A stretch of 63,690 nucleotides of DNA, counting the filler, from Ministeria vibrans ATCC 50519 (lineage: Eukaryota > Protista > Filasterea): the NCBI GenBank assembly GCA_943704425.1. It is 7 parts of 7 records of this genome, joined end to end, with 100 filler letters (N's around TTAATTAATTAA, not from the genome) between each part and the next. Parts side by side here need not be neighbours in the genome. Positions count along the whole stretch, not along the records: positions 11,045 to 21,560 come from CALSCP010000755.1; positions 21,661 to 39,671 come from CALSCP010000173.1; 5 more parts are not named here. The stretch is one strand, 5' to 3'. Of this stretch, positions 13,599 to 24,885 are shown piece by piece. Under the pieces are notes generated by a model, which saw nothing but the letters and a program-made list of their open reading frames with translations, was not told the DNA's origin and made no database searches. The first letter of the stretch is position 1; each line of letters opens with the position of its first letter. The translations under genes were made by a program, and so were the position numbers.

Positions 13599-14144
13599 AT
13601 GTGGCTCTTCTCACCACCCGAACCCAGCAAAGACGACGATGCCGATGCGGTCGACCCCGAAGCAACAGCCGACACACAACACTCGTCCTTTGGAAGTTCA
13701 GCTCTCAACTTTCTGTCGGGCGCCGTTGCAAACGCCTCCAAGCTGAGACACAAGCTCAAGGTACGTGCACATAGGTGTGCGTGGACGCCTCGCATCCGTC
13801 GCACCGCGCCGCTCACTCCCACTTTGCTGCTTCAGGAGAAAGTCGAAGACATGCCACTCATCCGCGACTTCAACCAAGAACAAAACACCTTTCTCGCGAC
13901 TAAACACGAACAGCGCACTGGCGAAGGTGTGCCCCCGTGGGTGGGCTATGCACAGGAGGACGTGCTCAAGGCCCAGATTCTTTCGCTGAGTGCCGACCAG
14001 CGCAACTTCAAAACGTCTCCTCCTTCCGCTGCGCAGTTCCCCTTTTCCCTCCAAGCGTACTTTCCTTGCGCCCTCGCCACGCTCGAGTGTGATCCCGAAC
14101 TCTCAAAGAGACGCTTTGAGCTTGTTCCCAAAGGTGCGTGAGAC

Positions 14145-14178
<34 letters not shown>

Positions 14179-14915
14179 TGTAGTGTATCAAATTTGAAAG
14201 ACGGTTGTGTAGTGGTGAGCGAAGAGGCGTTCTGGCGAAACTACTTTTACCGAGTCAACCTCATCAAACAGTCCAGCCAGTTGACCGAGTCCATGCGCAG
14301 CAGCGGAAGTAGCGCTCCAGGAGGGGGAGAAGGAGGAGCAGAAGAGGAAGGAAACAGTTCTGCAGATGACACGAGAGAAGGAGAAGGCACAGGTGCCGAC
14401 ACACCCCTCAACGACAACAACAACGATAACAGCGATAACACTACCACCCTGCCACTGAACGAGCCCCTCATCTCCGACCCAACTGTCGACCTGGACACCG
14501 ACACGGGCCAAGACGACCTTGAGTTTGTCAGCGACAACCTCGAGTTCGCCGAGTTCACTTCGCCCGACGACAGTGCAGACCCTACAGCGTCCACTGACAA
14601 TGTGACGACAGAAGCAGAGCCAGAACAACAACAAAGAGAAGAAGAAGAGGACGAAGCTGGCGTGGTTGCTGTGGCGTCAGTGAATGCGCGTGCAGACAGC
14701 GTTGAAGCAGACATTGCGGATGCGATGGGCGCCTCGCTCCTCGACGACACCGATGCCTTTCTGGCCGACCAATCCTCCCACATCCGTACAACGACTTATC
14801 TCGAACACACACACACACACACACACACACTACATTGTATTGACTCACTTTCTATTTAGAACTCGTGGATGACGCTGACTTTGAGGCAGAGCTCAACGCA
14901 CTGTTGGATGAATAA
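13599..14915 (+). CDS. SYAP1: Synapse-associated protein 1 / Sap47 (BSD domain)
   Basis: VPPWVG...QILSLSADQRNF...RFELVPK|VVSEEAFWRNYFYRVNLIKQSSQL. Confidence 0.9.
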
Positions 14916-14969
14916 AAATATACGAACGAACATGATGGTATTTGTATGTATGTACAGCGAATGAATTTG

Positions 14970-15540
14970 CTACGCTTTGTGTGTGTCCTTGAGCGCTTCT
15001 TCAAGCACCTTTGCTCGCTCCTCCCACAGCTGTTTCTTCATAAAGCCGTCTTTGCCCTTTCCATACGAGCGCGGGCCCTCCGACGTCGGCGTGTCCTTGC
15101 CGCGGTTGCGCATCCGCAGACGTGCCTCCGCCGGCATCTCCTCCTCCTCGTCCGACGACGACGACGACCCAAAGACCGACGCTTTTGCAACGGGGGCACA
15201 CGTGGCCGTCGCCACTGCCACAGCCGCTCGTTTCACACTTGTCTCCGCTGTGGGAGTCGTCGTGAAGGAGAATCCGATTTTGCCGGTCTTCGGCTTCTCC
15301 GCCGTTCCCTTCGCTTCTTTCGCTATTCTAAGGGCATCACTAGACGACACCATGGACGAAGTCACTCCAGGTGGCTCTCTTCGGGCGCCCTAGTGAACAC
15401 ACGACCCGTGTGAGTGCGATCAAAGCCCGAACCCCTTGTGTGGTGTTCACCTCTTCATCCTCATCGCCTATCTCTCGCTTTCGCTTTCTTTCGTCCAGAT
15501 CAGTCGGAGACGTAGCTGCTCTCCCTGTAGAGTGGTCCAT
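14970..15540 (-). CDS. PCNP: PEST proteolytic signal-containing nuclear protein
   Basis: ASVF...[34 protein letters not shown]...QLWE matches the PCNP core. Confidence 0.85.
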
Positions 15541-15669
15541 GACGCGAAATAAAAGAACTGAGTCGCACTACTGAACTAAACAACATTTGAACTTTTTACT
15601 TTGTCAACTCACAACTCTCATTTTTTCTTTTACTTACACAACAAAGGTCAGGCTCGTCACCCGCGCACG

Positions 15670-17657
15670 ATGGATTCGCCTGGTGCATCCGTGCGCACCT
15701 CTCCCTTTCCCCCGCGCGACCTCCCTTCGCCGTTTGTTGTTTGAACTCCTCTCTCTTTCTCCCTCATCCCGCATTCGGCTCCAATCGACCCCTGCGACTC
15801 ACCAGGCTCCCCACCGCCCCCGTCGCACCCGACCCCTCCGTGTGCGCTGTCCCCGATGGCTCTCTGTGGCTCTCTCCACCGCCATCCTTGTTCTTCGTTT
15901 TTTTTTTTTTTTTTTTTCTGTGTCTTCTCTTTCTGACTCTGTGCCAACAGGAAGCATGTCTATCGCCGGCGCACGAGTGTTTGGTGCCGGGTGCAAGCGC
16001 GCACGCGTCCACCAGGAGCGCGAGTTTACCGTCCAGCTGGTGGACGGAGCGGGAAACGACGTGGATGGTACGCGAGAGAAAAAAAAGGGAGGTCAAACAA
16101 CGGTCTTTTGCTTCCCCACTGAAATACCGACCGTATGTTGCGGTGCGCAGGCGAGGCGGACGTTGGTCTGGCGTTTAAGGGGCCTGCTGGGGTGGAGGCG
16201 GGTGTCGATGACCTCGGCGATGGCTCGTACACGGTGAACTACGTTGCGACGGAGAAGGGCGTCTACGAAATCGATGTGACGGTGGACGACGTGGACGTCG
16301 AGGGCTCGCCCTTTGTTGTGCACGTGTACGACCCGGACGATCCGTATGCGCGCGTATCGGGCAAGGGCTGCGAGACCGGTCTGGTGGGCGAGCCCAACAT
16401 TTGCACCCTGCAAGTGCTTGACTCGGAGGGTGCACCCCTCGAGGACGACAGTGACATTGGTCTGGAGATTAGCGGTCCCAGCGGCGCCGAAGCGGCTCTG
16501 GAAGATCTTGAAAATGGAACGTTTGGTAAAGAATGGGGAAAGCACAGTCAAGTCTGACGCACTCACCTTGTTGTCTCCCAACGCAGAATTGACCTTTTCC
16601 GTCGACGATCCGGGTGATTACCTCATCCGGTGTGTGGCCGACGACGAGGCACTGTGTGAATTTAGCGTGACCATTGTTGAGGCTGGACAAGAAGAGGCAG
16701 TCGATGAGGTAGCGGCCCAACCTGAGGAAGAGGCGGACACGACGGACGGTGCACAGTGCACAGCAGAGGGAGACGGGCTGCAGAATGCACTTGTGGACAC
16801 TACCGTGTCGTTTGTGATTACGATGCGCGACGGTAATGGCCAGGAGGTGGGCCACGGTGGGCAGCAGGTCGAGGTGAAGATCAACGGGGAGGGTCAAGGG
16901 GCAGTGGTGGACAATGGCGACGGGACTTTTGACGCCGTGTACCAGGTAGACTCGGTGGGAGAGCACACCATTGATGTCTTCGTCAACGATGCACACATTG
17001 CCGGGTCGCCGTTTGCCGTCAGTGCTGCGTCCAGTGCAGTGGCCGCCCACTGTACTCTCAGCGGTGCCACCGAACAGGCCTACACCAGCACTGCCAACTC
17101 GATTGTGTTGCAGCTGGCTGACCATAACGGCGCTCCCCTGTCCGCACACGATCCCTGCGACACCGTTTCGGCCTTTTTTGGTGGCGAGAACCGCGACCAT
17201 GTGTCGGGCAACCTTGTCGACAATGGCGACGGTACCTTTGAGTTTGTCTATGAGGCCACTGTGCCCGGAACCTACGAGGTCTGTATCGATCAATCACCAA
17301 TCAAAAGTGTATTGATACGATGTGGCTTGTTTGTTTTTCTTCTTTTAAGTTGACGGTCAGTGTCAATGATGAACTTGTGTCGGGCTCTCCGTGCCACATT
17401 CTCGTCAACCCTCGCATTGATGCGTCCCAGTCGTTTGCTGTTGGAGATGGTACTGCGATGAGAGGGTGGAAATGTGCGGCGTATTAAATGTGCTTGTGTT
17501 TAGGATTGGGTCGATGTGAGACTGAGACACCTGCGACGTTTGTTGTGGAGACAGTCGATGAGAATGGCGCTCAAGTGACGACTGGCGGTGCGCCAGTTGC
17601 AGTGCGCATTGATGGCAAGGACCGCGACACAGCAATGGGAGCGGTCATTGACAACGT

Positions 17658-17703
<46 letters not shown>

Positions 17704-19377
17704 TGTGTCATTGTCCGTTCCTGATTCTCTCTTCTTTTCTCGTATAGAACGATGGAAGTTATGAGGTTGTGTGGCAGGCACACAATGAGGGTCACTATCA
17801 GATCCATGTGAGTGTTGGCGATGAACCTATTCGCGGCAGTCCCTTTGGTATGTCATGCCATTTGCATTTCACACACTCCATCTCATCTCCTCCATTCCTT
17901 CTACCAGTTGTGTATGTGTCTCCGCGCATCGACGCGAGCTTATGCAAAGCGGACTGTGCTGAAGGGCTCAACATTGCAATGGACTCGGTCACCACTGTCT
18001 GTGTCGTACGTTTTTTTTTTTCTTGCGCCATTTTTCTTCTGACCAATTCGCTTGTCTCTATAGACGACATACACACATTCTGGCATTCGCGCCACGCAAG
18101 GAGGACAGAACGTGAGTGCGTACATGAGCGCCGCCAAGACAGGCGGTAGCACTGCGTCCATCTCGGGGGCAGTAGTCGACAACGACGACGGCACCTACGA
18201 CATCATCTTTGAGAACAACGAGGACGTTGGACAGTACGCCTTTTTTTGCGCGGCGAGTGTGTTGTATGTATATGCATCTTATGGCATCGTCTTCCTTTGT
18301 AGTTACCTGATGCACATTTTGGTGGATGGCCAGCCCATTGAGAAGAGTCCGTTCAAGGTGGCGGTGGGAGACACGGCAGCGTCGCCCGAGGAGACACGCG
18401 TGGCGGGGCTGAACAAGCGAGCGACGGTGGGAGAGCACAGTGTCGCATGTGTGGTGGTGCGCACTGCGGACGGAAACTACAAGAAGACGGGCGGCGACAC
18501 GGTGCGAGCGCAATTGGATGTGCCGAGTGGCGGTGGCAATGCGGGTGAGTGTGAGTGTTCGGTGGAGGACAACGAGGACGGTTCGTACGATGTCATTTAC
18601 ATGTCACGCGAGACGGGCCGCCACTTCCTGTCGATTGAGCTAAATGGCGCAGTGATTGACGGGTCGCCATTCTCGATTGAGGTGGGGCGTGCGGGTGCAG
18701 GTGAAGGGGCAGCGAGTGCGCCCAAGACCGTGTATGTGGTGCAGACAGGCGGTGCCATTGACGAGGTGTACCACAAGGCCGGTGGGGGTGCTCGTGTGGG
18801 CTCGGAGCCTGCCTCGAAGCGCGTGCTTGGCCACGTTGCCCCGCTACCGTTCAAGGTCTCGTACGCCAGTGCTTGTTTGAAGGAGGAACGCGATGAATGG
18901 TCCGATAATGAGCTTGCCACGCTTGCTGGAATGGTCCTTTCGCGCGATTCGGGTGAACACATTCTCGTAAGTTGGTCTGTTCTTTTTTATATATTTGTGG
19001 CATTGTGAATTTGTGCGTTCTTACATGCTCTCTCGTTTTTGTGTCTGGGGACTGTTCAGGTGACGCATGGTGCGACACACATGATTGCGACAGCAAAGCA
19101 TCTGGATACACTTCATGAAGAGAAGTCCTCCGAAAAGGTCGTTGTGCTCACTGGCGCATTCACTCCCGTACGACTCGCATTTGAGATTTATGTGCATCTC
19201 ATGTTGTGGTTCTTGTTACAGGAGTCTGCACAGAGCTCGGATGCGAGTGTGAACATTGGAATGGCACTGGGTGCACTCAACGTGCTGCCGCCGGGCGTAT
19301 TCATTGCCATGAATGGCCTAGTCATTCCCGCGCATGAAGTCACCCGTCGCGAGGATGGACTCTTTGCTTTTGAGTGA
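15670..19377 (+). CDS. Filamin/ABP-120-type Ig repeat protein (about 7 repeats) fused to a C-terminal short asparaginase-like domain
   Basis: Repeated VDNGDGT(Y/F)...G.Y.I.V.V....I.GSPF units. Tail QTGGAIDEVY...ILVTHGATHMIATAKHL...VVVLTGAFTP...SDASVNIGMA...GVFIAMNG. The junction lies inside one exon (18304-18966). Confidence 0.85.
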
Positions 19378-19631
19378 TCATTTTTCTCTTTTTGCTTTTA
19401 CTTTGTGTCGATGTGTGTGTACGTGCGCGTGTGGATGGGTATGTTATGTTTGAATGAAACAATCCGAATACCAGTCTAATCCAAAACAAACCAAACCAAA
19501 AAAACCCCCCCCAAAACCTCCACCGTAGATTCGTACTAAGTTTTACCTATCTTATTACAGATTTGTCTCTTTTTTTTTTCTTTTGGAGGCGCAGCGATCT
19601 TCGATCACCTCGCTTCCCTCACAGTAGCACT

Positions 19632-21483
19632 ATGGGCAACACACTCTCGGAGCCGATCACCGAGAAACACTCGTCGAGCGGAAGCAATGGAAAAGTTGCG
19701 TTTGGAGCGTCTGCCATGCAGGGATGGCGTTGCTGTAAGTGGCCGCTGGATGGGGTTGCCGCCGCTGTGGCGGGGGCGGCGGGCGGGGTGTGTCCCGTGG
19801 GCGGGGAGGGAGTCCAGCGATAGCGCAGAGTAGAAAAAGAGGACACTTCGCGAACACACGCCACTCTTGCGCGCGTCTTGACGCACCGACACTCCGCCGG
19901 CACCCTGCTGCGGCGTCCTGCGGTGTCTCCCCGGCTGCCGTTGCCGCTGCTTTGGCACGCGAAGAGTCTTCTCCTTAAAAAATCAAAACGCATTCTGTCG
20001 TGCAATGCCTTCCCATTTTTGTGTCACCTGGCGGTGCGTGTGTGCCCAAGCCGACCTGCCGCGCCTAGTGGTCGCCCGGTCGATGCAGGAAATATTATTT
20101 TGGCGCTGATTATTTCGCTTTTTACGACACATCGCCACGACGCACGCTGCATCGCACGCTGCGGGGAGGGGGGGGCGCGCACACGTCGACGTGCAAGTGG
20201 GTTGGCGTGTGGCGGGGTCGGCTGGATGGCTCGCTGCTGGGAAATGGGCAGAGGAGGTGTCATCGATTTTGTGTATTAATGATTTCCCTTTTTGATATTT
20301 TTTTCGGATGGATCTGCTTTTTCCCGCCAACAGCCATGGAGGATGCACACGTGACAAAGCCTTCGACAGACGTCGACAAGGATGCAAGCTTTTTTGCTGT
20401 ATTTGATGGACACGGAGGTAAAGGCCCAAAGGAAGCGCACTCTCATCTCACACTGTGTTGCACTGGGTTGTGCTTCTTCAAGGGAGCGCTGCTGCGCTGT
20501 ACGCCGGAGAGCACTCTGAGCGAAGGGTCACGGGTGACTCTAGTTTCAAGAACGGCGACATCCGTGCGGCGTTGAAACATGGCTTTCTGGGCTTAGATGA
20601 AGACATGCTTGCTGGTATGAAGAGGAATTTCATAATTATTGCGTTATATTCAATGGTGTTGTGTAGACTCGAAAATGTCGGGCATGTCTGCCGGTGCGAC
20701 TGCGGTGGCGATTGTGATTATTAACGACAGAATCTACTGCGTACGACACTGAAACAGAGAGAGACAGAGAAAGGAACTCCACCATAATAAAAATTATCAT
20801 CTGATTACATTGTATGTACATAGGGCAATGCGGGCGACTCGAGATGTATATGCTCAAAGGGAGGTGAGCCAGTGCCACTCTCGTTTGATCACAAACCAAT
20901 GAACGAAGGTACCAAAAGAGACAAGAGACAGAGAGAGAAAAACAAAATGATAGAGCGAAAGTGATAGAAAGAAATAGAGTGACGAAACACTCACTCTCTT
21001 TGTGTGTGTGTGTGTTTTTTTTTCTGGGGGGTGGTTCTCAGGGGAATACCGACGGATCACACAGGCAGGCGGGTTTGTTGAACTGGGCCGTGTTAATGGC
21101 AACCTGGCCTTGTCGCGTGCTGTGGGTGATTTCTACTTCAAACGCAATGCTCAGTTGTCTCCCGAAAAGCAGATTGTTACTGGTAAGGCGAAAAAACCCG
21201 ACAATGAGTTTAACGCTGATTTGTTTTTTTGTTTGATCGTGTGTAGCTGATCCTGATCTGATTGAAGAAGCAATCACTCCCAATCATGAGTTTATTGTAC
21301 TCGCATGTGACGGTACGTCAAGAGACTGTATGCGTGTTGCTCATGATATGTTGTGGATCAATAGGCATTTGGGATGTTATGTCGAACGCGGAAGTGACTG
21401 AGTTTGTGCGTGCGCGGATAGCGCAGAGTGTGCCACTGGACACAATCTGTGAGCAGCTCATGGACTCGTGTCTTGCGTCAGAG
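19632..21483 (+). CDS. Protein phosphatase 2C (PPM family), 3' partial
   Basis: [68 protein letters not shown]. Confidence 0.95.
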
Positions 21484-21728
21484 GTACTGTCTGACTGTGT
21501 GTGTGTGTGTGTGTGTGTGTGTTTGTGTATGTTTGTGTGGTAGGTGGATGCGGATGGAATNNNNNNNNNNNNNNNNNNNNNNNNNNNNNNNNNNNNNNNN
21601 NNNNTTAATTAATTAANNNNNNNNNNNNNNNNNNNNNNNNNNNNNNNNNNNNNNNNNNNNGTTTCTCTCACTTGTTTCTCTCACTTGCTTCTCTCTATAT
21701 CACTTTGTTTCTTTCTCTCTATCACTTT

Positions 21729-21777
<49 letters not shown>

Positions 21778-21793
21778 CTCTCTCGTTGGGTAC

Positions 21794-22677
21794 GTTGTCA
21801 TAGCGGAGAAGCTGCAGAAAGCCGGGCAGCCAAATACCCATGTTGTCTTCAAAGTGTTCCGGAAGGTCTTGTGCGTTGAGGCTGTTGAAGATCTTGGCAA
21901 CAAGCAGAAGCATGCGCGTGACAATCTCCAGGTTCGCTTTGTCGTTTTCGTACAGTGGAATCATGCCCATAAGCGACTGAAACAAGGCAGTGAAGGGCTC
22001 GGCGAATACGTCGAGCACGTACTTGATCTCCTACGCGCGCAACTCTGTCATCTTACTGTCGTCTCATTCATTTCAGAGGTACCTGCCAAAGATCTTCGGA
22101 TTTGAACTCATGACGATACCGCTTGAAGATGTCATGGAGCGTGCCGAGGACGCCGGTCATGACATGGACGTCGTTGGAGGCGAGCTTCTGCACCAGGTTG
22201 GGCAGGAGATCCTGCCACGACGTGGGGAAGTCGGCCTGGCAAATAGTGCCGACAGCGGTGCTGAGAACCTTTTGGATCTGCGGCGGCGCGAGCAGCATCA
22301 GATCGACGATCTGCTGCTTGACCGTGTGCTTGTCTGCATCGCACACCGGTTCAAACGCGTCCGACCAGAACTTCTTGACGTAGTTCTTGAGGACTACGGC
22401 CGCCATGAGACGCACGCTCATGGCAACAGACTGCTCGCCGACGATGCGCAGCAGCAGCGTCGAGTAGCCTGCCGTTGTCTGGTGCGCTGTGAGTTGCGCC
22501 TCGGCTGAAACCCAAAACGAACCTGAGTTGAGTAGACGCACGCAAGCACAGGTGGGAGCCAACGACACGCTGCCAATCTTGCCGGTTGGTGCATACAGGC
22601 AGGGTATTGCGCGCCGCCTTGCTTAAGCAAAGCACACTCATCCAAAAAAAAACGCAAAACGTGTCGTTTCGTTTTTG

Positions 22678-22713
<36 letters not shown>

Positions 22714-22949
22714 GAGAGACGTTTGAAACAGTCTCGATATGACACACACGGCCGCGATTCAATGCCGGAAATGCGCTGGATCACACTATTGTGAACATTT
22801 GAAAGCAGCGCAGGGCGCAAAGGGCACAGCGAACGACCGGATTGTCGCGAGCGGATTTTGAAAAATTGATTCCAACCTTCTCGATTGGCCATGCCGGCTT
22901 GTTCGAGGAGCGCCGCAAGAGACTGGAGGTTCTCTGGGGTTGGTTCCAT
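21794..22949 (-). CDS. CSE1L: Exportin-2 (CSE1/CAS), N-terminal part
   Basis: Importin-beta N-terminal LKNYVKKFW; DFPTSWQDLLP; IFKRYRHEFKSEDLW; KIFNSLNAQDLPEHFEDNM. Confidence 0.93.
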
Positions 22950-23109
22950 CGCGATAGAAAGACAAGGAAGAGTCTTATCAATGAAGGCTAAAGAATAAAA
23001 GAAATTAATTGTTAATTGAAATGTGTTGTGACTATTGACTTATGACTTTGTAAGTTATGACTTGATTTGATTGATTATGACCACATTATGACTACGAATA
23101 GTCGAATAC

Positions 23110-23230
23110 TATAGGCTTCTTTCTGGACATTCTCATCTTAAGTCTACGGCGGAAGTATTCAGTATTGCGGCTCTTTGTTTTGTATAGTTTTGTTTTGACA
23201 TTGAGTACAGCTCTCGATTCTCTATTTTTT
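23110..23230 (+). repeat. Dispersed ~90-120 bp intergenic repeat, copy 1 of 3
   Basis: GTCTACGGCGGAAGTATT...CTCTTTGTTTT...TTTTGACATTGAGTACAGCTCTCGATTC recurs near 41770-41890 and 43552-43630. Confidence 0.85.
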
Positions 23231-23387
23231 TCTCTAATAAATTTGGTTTCAGTTTGTTTTGACTTTTTGCCTTTTGGTATACAAGATTATAATTTTGCGA
23301 AACAAACACGGATGACGGAGTATTAGACGGTCGGGGTGCATTGTTGGTTTGTTGCGTGGTGACTTGTATTAATTCTTGCATTGCATC

Positions 23388-24757
23388 TCATTGGCGAGAA
23401 CGATTATTGTCACGACGAGAAGGTGGGTTCTGCTGCGACTCGCGCTCGTGTTGCTGGTCAGAAGAAGTGCGTTGCGCCGGGGGCACGCCAAGTTTGAAGC
23501 GATGGGAATGGCGGGGACTCGACGAAGCCTGCCAAAAGCCACGCTGTTGCTCCTGTCGAGGCGACGACGGCTCCGACCGAGGTTTCGGCTGGTGTTGATG
23601 ATTGTTTTGATGCTTCTGTTGTTGTGGGTGAACGTAGTGAGGTGATCGTCCACGATTCGAGGGCCCTCCGCGCCGATGTTGGAAATTTTTCTGCTCTTGA
23701 TTCTGGTGCTGGCGGTGTTGGGGTCGGGAGAAGACGTTGGCGCCTGGACTGGGTGTTGGGGAGTCTGTCTCGTCAAAGAGATGCTCGGTGGTGGTGGAGA
23801 GCACACGGATGGGAGAAAGGTTGGGCACCGGGCCGACAGCGGAGGAGCGCATGGAAAGCAACTGTGCATTTTTGTTGAGGCGAGCGCGATGGGTTACCAT
23901 GGACAAGTCGAAGCGGGTTGTCTCGGGGGGGTTGAAGGAGAGGGGTATAAGGCGCGGAGAGAGCTCGAGCAATGGACGCTCCAAGAGCGGCATAGACAAG
24001 AGTATCTCGGGGAGTTGTTCGGTTCGCGAGTTGTTTTCCGTTCCCACGACAAACTTGTCGTTGGCGCGGACCACAAGAGGCATTGCAGCGAGGGCAAAGC
24101 CATACTCCATTTGCACACGATGCAGAGCTTTCTTGTTGTACTGGAGGAGCATTGTGCGGTCCCACTTGCTCCCCATGGGGCGAACAATGACAGGATAGTT
24201 ACGCGCAAGCACTCGAATGCGATAGGTGCGCGCAAAGACGACCGTTTGGTCAGTGGTACTGGGCGGGACAACCACCGCATTAGCGGGAATGGGCAGACCT
24301 CGATTGGTGTACACTTTCGACAGGAGATCGTTCTGTTCGGGGGTATTGGTGAAGCGCTTGTGGAAGGACACAGTGTACGCGTTGAGGGTTGACCAGTAGA
24401 TCAGATTGGCTGCGTCCTACGCAAATGGGCAGTGCGTACACAAGAGTGCAAGTGTATGAGAAAGTGAGTGAGAGGTGTGTATATGAAGAGCGTACTGTGA
24501 TGGAGAGGGCAGGGGAGAACCCAGAGACTGCCTTGTTGCGAAGGGTTTTGCTCTTGACGGTACGGCCGGCAATGGACGTCTGGCGGATGACGACAGTGGG
24601 TATCGTGAGGGGGTGGCAGGACCACTCGTAGGTGTAACGAAGGACGCTGTGAATGACTTCGATGGGAAGACTCTCAAGGTGAGGCGCGCGCAGAAAGGCC
24701 AGGCGCCGGTAGGGGTAAAAGCGTGCATTGATGGGGTTCTCGATGAACTCTCGCGCT
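23388..24757 (-). CDS. Unknown protein with Q/R/S-rich disordered tail, 5' partial
   Basis: Open exon 24757 to about 24496 splices to about 24416-23388 (DAANLIYWSTLNAYTVSFHKRF...). No family recognised. Confidence 0.6.
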
Positions 24758-24885
24758 GTAAATAAAAATCAGAAAAAAATGTCAGAGGGGGGGGNNNNNN
24801 NNAAGATTTGTGAATAGTGAGAAATCGTGAGTGACTGATTTGGACTGTGTTTTGGACTCTTGTGTTCTTCTTTGCATTGTCTTAG

